The notes beneath the pieces are model-generated. The model saw only the letters and a program-made list of their open reading frames with translations, did not search any database and was not told the DNA's origin. From IMG/VR virus record IMGVR_UViG_3300020045_002218, positions 43,579-107,578 of that record: 64,000 bases of DNA. One strand, 5' to 3'. The translations under genes were made by a program, and so were the position numbers. How positions within the stretch are numbered: the first letter of the stretch is position 1; every line of letters starts with the position of its first letter. Source of the stretch: a virus. Shown here piece after piece: positions 59,432-64,000 of this stretch.

Positions 59432-60052
59432 TTAAAAATCCTCATTTGCTGTATGTATTAGTGCATTCTTAAGTCTTAGATCAAGTTGTTCATTTGCTAT
59501 TTCTAAAATATGGTTCTTTTTAAAATATTTGTAAACTTTTTCTGCTTCTTCTTCGGTATTAAAATAACCTAAAGTTTTTCGTACACCTCTTACACTACAC
59601 TGTGCTATAAACTTTTTATCTCTAGTAGACCAACATATTCCCGTGACGTATTTGCCTCTTGATGCAGCGTGGTTACCTAATAAACTATTTACAGCCCTAG
59701 TAACAAAAATACATGTTTCTGGAGAATAAACTTTGTTTCCTTTAAGTAATAAGTCTTTATCTAATTCTTTTCCTTCCCAATCCTGTGATTGCATCCACTC
59801 CTTAAAATTAGAGAACGTAAGCCATTCTTTACATACGGTACACTCTATATACGTTGGTTGATTTCTCTGATACTGAATACAATAACATCTTTTAAGCATA
59901 TTACGCCAAACGCTATAGTATGGGCAAAATATTGTCTTACCATTAACTTTAGGTGATACTTGATAATTTACATCATTAATCCCTATTCCAAGAATTAATT
60001 TACGTTTAGCTATGCTATAAGCATTGGCAGGTAATTCTTCAAAAGTATTCAT
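59432..60052 (-). CDS. HNH/AP2 endonuclease, paralog 4
   Basis: MNTFEELP, MLKRCY, LDKDLLLKGNKVYSPETCIFV, LGYFNTEEEA. Confidence 0.85.
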   Translation of the reverse strand: MNTFEELPANAYSIAKRKLILGIGINDVNYQVSPKVNGKTIFCPYYSVWRNMLKRCYCIQYQRNQPTYIECTVCKEWLTFSNFKEWMQSQDWEGKELDKDLLLKGNKVYSPETCIFVTRAVNSLLGNHAASRGKYVTGICWSTRDKKFIAQCSVRGVRKTLGYFNTEEEAEKVYKYFKKNHILEIANEQLDLRLKNALIHTANEDF

Positions 60053-60065
60053 AGTAATTTTTCAT

Positions 60066-60395
60066 TTAATAATCAAGTATGATTGATGTTTCATCATCTA
60101 CTTTAATTACAGTAGTGTTATTCTCTAATTCTTCCATAGAATCTAAATTATAATTAGATAAATGATTTTCATTTGAATCTTCTGTAAAGTCACAACATAT
60201 AGCTATTACATCTAATTCAATTGTGCTTTCAGATTCTCTTTCTAGTTCACCAAGATACGCATATAAAGCATCTAAACCTTTATAACTAAAATTATCAGGT
60301 CTTACAGCATTAAAAGCATCATGAAAGCTTGATTTACTTACCTGAGTGTACATCCAAATTCTCCAAAATATACTTAGGTAAAACTTCTTTATCAA
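60066..60395 (-). CDS. Conserved hypothetical phage protein
   Basis: F.DAF...R..NFSY.GL.AL..YL..E...ELDVIAICC.F.E; likely start MYTQVS near 60353. Confidence 0.65.
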   Translation of the reverse strand: MIKKFYLSIFWRIWMYTQVSKSSFHDAFNAVRPDNFSYKGLDALYAYLGELERESESTIELDVIAICCDFTEDSNENHLSNYNLDSMEELENNTTVIKVDDETSIILDY

Positions 60396-60654
60396 AACAC
60401 GTTAATACAAAAGACATAGCAGAAAAGTATTGTTCTGCTAAAGCAGCTTCAATAGTAAAACCTTGGTCTTTTCTCTCTTCCCAATAAGTCTTTGCTCTTG
60501 TATATTCAGAGCATATACTATGAATACCTTCTTCATAGGATTCGTTTAAAGTCTCTATGAATATTTCAGAATTAAAGTCTCTTAAAGTAGAATCTAACTC
60601 GTCTAATTTGTTTCTTGTATCACTAATACAATTTTCTAATCTATGCTTTGGCAT
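60334..60654 (-). CDS. Hypothetical protein
   Basis: 106-aa ORF overlapping both neighbours. Confidence 0.55.
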   Translation of the reverse strand: MPKHRLENCISDTRNKLDELDSTLRDFNSEIFIETLNESYEEGIHSICSEYTRAKTYWEERKDQGFTIEAALAEQYFSAMSFVLTCFDKEVLPKYILENLDVHSGK

Positions 60655-61021
60655 TTAATAATCCTTGAATATCTTTCATCATTTCTTGTTTTCTTGCTAT
60701 AGATTCTGGACTTTTCAAAATCTTCCCATTTTCATCTTTAACAATAGTATCTTTATTTGAAACTTTGCTTATGTTATTTCTATGAACAAGTTCCCATGCT
60801 TTATGTACATCAATACCCATACTTAAAAGTAAACCCAATGTAACGACAAGTACATCACAAGCTTCTTTAATAATTTCTTCAGGAGATTCTGTATTTATTA
60901 GTTCTTGAAATTCTTCTTTAATTAACGATTTATATAATTCTATCTGTCCTTGATTATATGTAGTTGTACTCTGATTACCTAGGTACATAAAACTCTTTTG
61001 ATCAATAATCATATCAGTCAT
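60641..61021 (-). CDS. MazG-like nucleoside triphosphate pyrophosphohydrolase
   Basis: LIKEEFQEL, KEACDVLVV..G, VH.NN.SK, GKILK. Confidence 0.82.
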   Translation of the reverse strand: MTDMIIDQKSFMYLGNQSTTTYNQGQIELYKSLIKEEFQELINTESPEEIIKEACDVLVVTLGLLLSMGIDVHKAWELVHRNNISKVSNKDTIVKDENGKILKSPESIARKQEMMKDIQGLLNAKA

Positions 61022-61240
61022 TACATTTTACCTCTTGTGTTTTTAATAAAATACCTAATGTAGAAGTATCTAAATTAAGTACAAAACAATAATTATCCAT
61101 ATCATGCCATTCATCTAAATGAGTAATTTTAAAGTTATCTTCATTAGGACTAATAGTTAAATAATTACCTTCTGTGGAAAATATATCTGGATAACTATAA
61201 TCTCTTTTAATGGAGAATTTATCTCCAATGTTTAAATCTT

Positions 61241-62038
61241 TTAATTGCATTCTTCTATTTCCTGACGATATTGAATCCATCCTTTTAAATTACCCTTACC
61301 TATTCCTGGTGTACAGACATGCTCAAATGGACTTGCATGGATTGGGGTTGATTTAGACAAAGCATCTGTAATACGAATAGCTTTATCAATTGATGTATCA
61401 TTAGTCCTATAACTTACTTGAGCGCAACAACTAACAGATACTTTTTTTAATTCTTCTAATATATGAGGATACTCGTTCCAATTAGGAACATAAGGTAAGT
61501 GCCATTCACCTTTTTTAAGTAATATTGGTTTAGAATCAGTTAAAGCACCTTTAATCTTATAAGCTAAATCAGCTATTTCAGGTTGTGCATCTGGGTGTAA
61601 CCTAAGAGAGATGAAATTATCAAAATCAGTGCTTGTAACAATAGTCTTAATATAAGACGCATAATCGCTATTCCTGTTTGCTAGTTGTTTATGTAATTTT
61701 GCTTTTGCATGTAACCATGAACCAGTTAAATTAATGCACACTCCTATATGCCATAACCATAAGTTAATTGTTCTATATGGTTCAGGAAGCTCTCTTGATG
61801 CTTGCATTCCTGGTTCATTCATTCCAAAATACCAAGGAATAAATTTATTATTCCAAATATTTTTAATCATTGTGAGAACTGGAATAGCTCTTGATGATGC
61901 AGCATTTCTACTAAAAACCCTATGAGTTAATAGTTCTGCATGTACAATTCGAGGATATTCTAATTCAAGAGTTGTTACTCTATCCCCAGATTCATTAATA
62001 GAATCTGCTATTACTGTTGCTGATGTATTATTTGACAA
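61241..62038 (-). CDS. thyX: FAD-dependent thymidylate synthase
   Basis: YPR.VHAE.LTHRVFSRNAASSRAIP, HKQ.ANR, LR.HPDAQPEI, HASPFEH. Confidence 0.9.
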   Translation of the reverse strand: MSNNTSATVIADSINESGDRVTTLELEYPRIVHAELLTHRVFSRNAASSRAIPVLTMIKNIWNNKFIPWYFGMNEPGMQASRELPEPYRTINLWLWHIGVCINLTGSWLHAKAKLHKQLANRNSDYASYIKTIVTSTDFDNFISLRLHPDAQPEIADLAYKIKGALTDSKPILLKKGEWHLPYVPNWNEYPHILEELKKVSVSCCAQVSYRTNDTSIDKAIRITDALSKSTPIHASPFEHVCTPGIGKGNLKGWIQYRQEIEECN

Positions 62039-62222
62039 ACTTTATACTCCTTATCAGATATTTTCTCTAATTCTGTATTTACACTTAAATGTAAAATACA
62101 TCCTAAACCATTAGTACAATAAGAATATGCTCCATCTAAATGATGAAAAGTGAAAAGTATGTACTTTAACTTATTAGGATCCCAAATATGAATGATGGAT
62201 TCTTTAGGTATTTCATATAGTT

Positions 62223-62591
62223 TCAAAAGTGATTCCTGAAATGTAATTTATGATGTCCTGAAAAGTATATCAAATTGCTCCTCACAGGCTGTTTATGATG
62301 CGCTACAAACAAAGTAATCTCTTTGTATAGCTCAACCTCTTTAATACGCTTAAATCGAGCTGTAGTATATTGAGGGCTACGAACTATGTCACATAAATGA
62401 GACGACTTAGCTCCATATTTCTTTGGATGTTGTTTACGGTTGTTAGCAACCTGTAATACCTTAAACCAAGATGATCTATCTCCTCTGGCTTCAAAATAAA
62501 TATTCTGTGCAGCACAAGTTTGTTCAGATTTAGTTAGTGCTTGAGTATGAAAAGGTAAAAGCAATAATGTTATAAATATTAAATTATTCAT
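62223..62591 (-). CDS. SleB-like cell wall hydrolase (Hydrolase_2)
   Basis: Signal peptide, CAAQNIYFEARG, V..VANNR, LC.IV...QY. Confidence 0.78.
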   Translation of the reverse strand: MNNLIFITLLLLPFHTQALTKSEQTCAAQNIYFEARGDRSSWFKVLQVANNRKQHPKKYGAKSSHLCDIVRSPQYTTARFKRIKEVELYKEITLFVAHHKQPVRSNLIYFSGHHKLHFRNHF

Positions 62592-62907
62592 TCTGTTTAA
62601 ACCATATTAAGAATAATAAGCAACAACAACAGTGTGCTGCATGAGGTAATTGAGATTCTTTATCTAACCATTCACCTTCAAATATTGCTACTAAATGTCT
62701 CATAGCAGCATCTTTATATCTTTGAGATTCTATCTTCTGCCAATTATTTATAGCGTATTTCTTAGCACCAAACTCTAATACTTTAACTACTTCTTTTAAA
62801 GCAATCCAAGGTAATAAAGAATATCTTAACTTATCAGAATCATGTTTAATACCTTCTCTCTGTTTGATATATTTTCTTCCTAATTCACATATTTCTTCTC
62901 TAGTCAT
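62584..62907 (-). CDS. dATP/dGTP diphosphohydrolase-domain protein (DUF5664)
   Basis: GIKHDSDKLRYSLLP..AL..V..VL.FGA.KY...NW, AAMRHL, D.ES.LPH.AH; start moved to MTREE at 62907. Confidence 0.8.
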   Translation of the reverse strand: MTREEICELGRKYIKQREGIKHDSDKLRYSLLPWIALKEVVKVLEFGAKKYAINNWQKIESQRYKDAAMRHLVAIFEGEWLDKESQLPHAAHCCCCLLFLIWFKQNE

Positions 62908-63121
62908 CTTCATCCCAATCTTTTTGCTGTACACATTTACTGCATTGATCAGCATTTAATAATTTAAGTCTTACTTCTTCAATTAACTTGCCACAAGATT
63001 TACATTGTCTTGGATTACCATCCCATTCAGAATATTTAATTCTATTAGCTAATCTCATTTCTAAATGTTTATTTTCAAAATAAGAACCTTGATCTGCATC
63101 AACCATATCTTCAAATGACAT
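62900..63121 (-). CDS. DksA/TraR-type C4 zinc-finger protein
   Basis: D.VD.D N-terminus, CKSCG..I...RL......CSKC. Confidence 0.72.
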   Translation of the reverse strand: MSFEDMVDADQGSYFENKHLEMRLANRIKYSEWDGNPRQCKSCGKLIEEVRLKLLNADQCSKCVQQKDWDEDD

Positions 63122-63398
63122 TCCAACCTTCTTTCATTTCTGATCCATTAAGATACCAAACACCTTTCTTTTGTATAATAGACACTCCAGGTAAGCCATT
63201 AAGACGTTCTTTGGTTGTATTAGTTAAATATCCTTGATGGTTAATTGATAATCCTTGTGAATCAATTTTAGCTATACAATGTCCATAAAGTTCCATACAC
63301 CACCAACCAGAAGAATTAATAAATACTTCTATATTATTTTGTTTAAAGTGGTATTTACCGTATAAAGCATTAACTGCTTGTTGTGTAATCTTACGCAT
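63111..63398 (-). CDS. Conserved hypothetical phage protein
   Basis: MRKIT, LYGHCIA, G..TNTTKERLNGL. Confidence 0.65.
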   Translation of the reverse strand: MRKITQQAVNALYGKYHFKQNNIEVFINSSGWWCMELYGHCIAKIDSQGLSINHQGYLTNTTKERLNGLPGVSIIQKKGVWYLNGSEMKEGWNVI

Positions 63399-63880
63399 AT
63401 TCTTTTTCAGGTAAAGGTTGATTAAATAGAAACTGTTGTAATTCTTGTTTCTTGGTTTGAATTACTGTTTCATTTGTTGAATTTACAGGAAGATAAATTT
63501 CACATCCTGAATGATCTATCCCCATAACAAACACTTTTTTAGTATTTAAAGGTACATTATTAAATGGATTCATTTTTATTTTCTCTTATGTATCCGTAAC
63601 CGTGACATAACTTACAGTTAGGATTTCTATTACATGAACATGGTTTAAGCTTTATTACATTAAAATAATGTAAAGGAGCATTCCATAAATTTATTGGATT
63701 ATTCATCTTTTTTAGATACTCTTACCAAGATCTGTTATTATTCCTAGTATTAACTAATCACTTTCATACCCTCAATAAGATTAGCAGTCTTATCTACTCT
63801 CTGCTTATCGCGCACACCTTCCGTATTGCTATACGCAGGTGTTCTTGCTTACCTCTTTTAACCATTTAGGAGTAAAAATA

Positions 63881-64000
<120 letters not shown>

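Noticed and set aside
63760-63810. Group I intron R element (GCAGAGAGTAGA on minus strand)
   Set aside because: No matching downstream S element and no interrupted gene.

Overview
About 64 kb of an AT-rich N4-like (Schitoviridae) podophage genome, circularly permuted so that the probable physical end lies near 11.4-11.7 kb. Minus strand 1-11.3 kb: early/middle genes (two-subunit T7-type RNAP II, class II ribonucleotide reductase, vWA, SLOG and AAA proteins). Plus strand 11.7-48.4 kb: lysis, tail/decoration, terminase, portal, scaffold, major capsid, ejection proteins and a 3972-aa cysteine-free virion RNA polymerase. Minus strand 48.8-63.6 kb: replication and nucleotide genes (RepL-like, RusA, Dam, SSB, Sak4-like, primase, PD-(D/E)xK nuclease, MazG, ThyX, dATP/dGTP diphosphohydrolase, SleB, TraR). 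DNA polymerase and helicase are not in the window. Main points of interest: (1) the virion RNAP appears to carry an N-terminal thermonuclease-like domain and an inserted polynucleotide-kinase-like domain, and has Phe in place of the motif B Tyr; (2) four paralogous HNH/AP2 endonucleases and an AAA gene sit mostly in self-contained cassettes with sigma70 promoters and C4-like/kissing-loop leader RNAs or an unannotated RHH repressor; (3) a RepL gene with 22-bp-period iterons and a GC hairpin cluster; (4) a non-hairpin early promoter motif in five copies, CsrA-consensus hairpins, a degenerate tRNA-like element, a swapped tail-fibre module and a tandem duplication after the portal gene. All protein calls come from motif recognition and N4 synteny by eye; no database searches were run.
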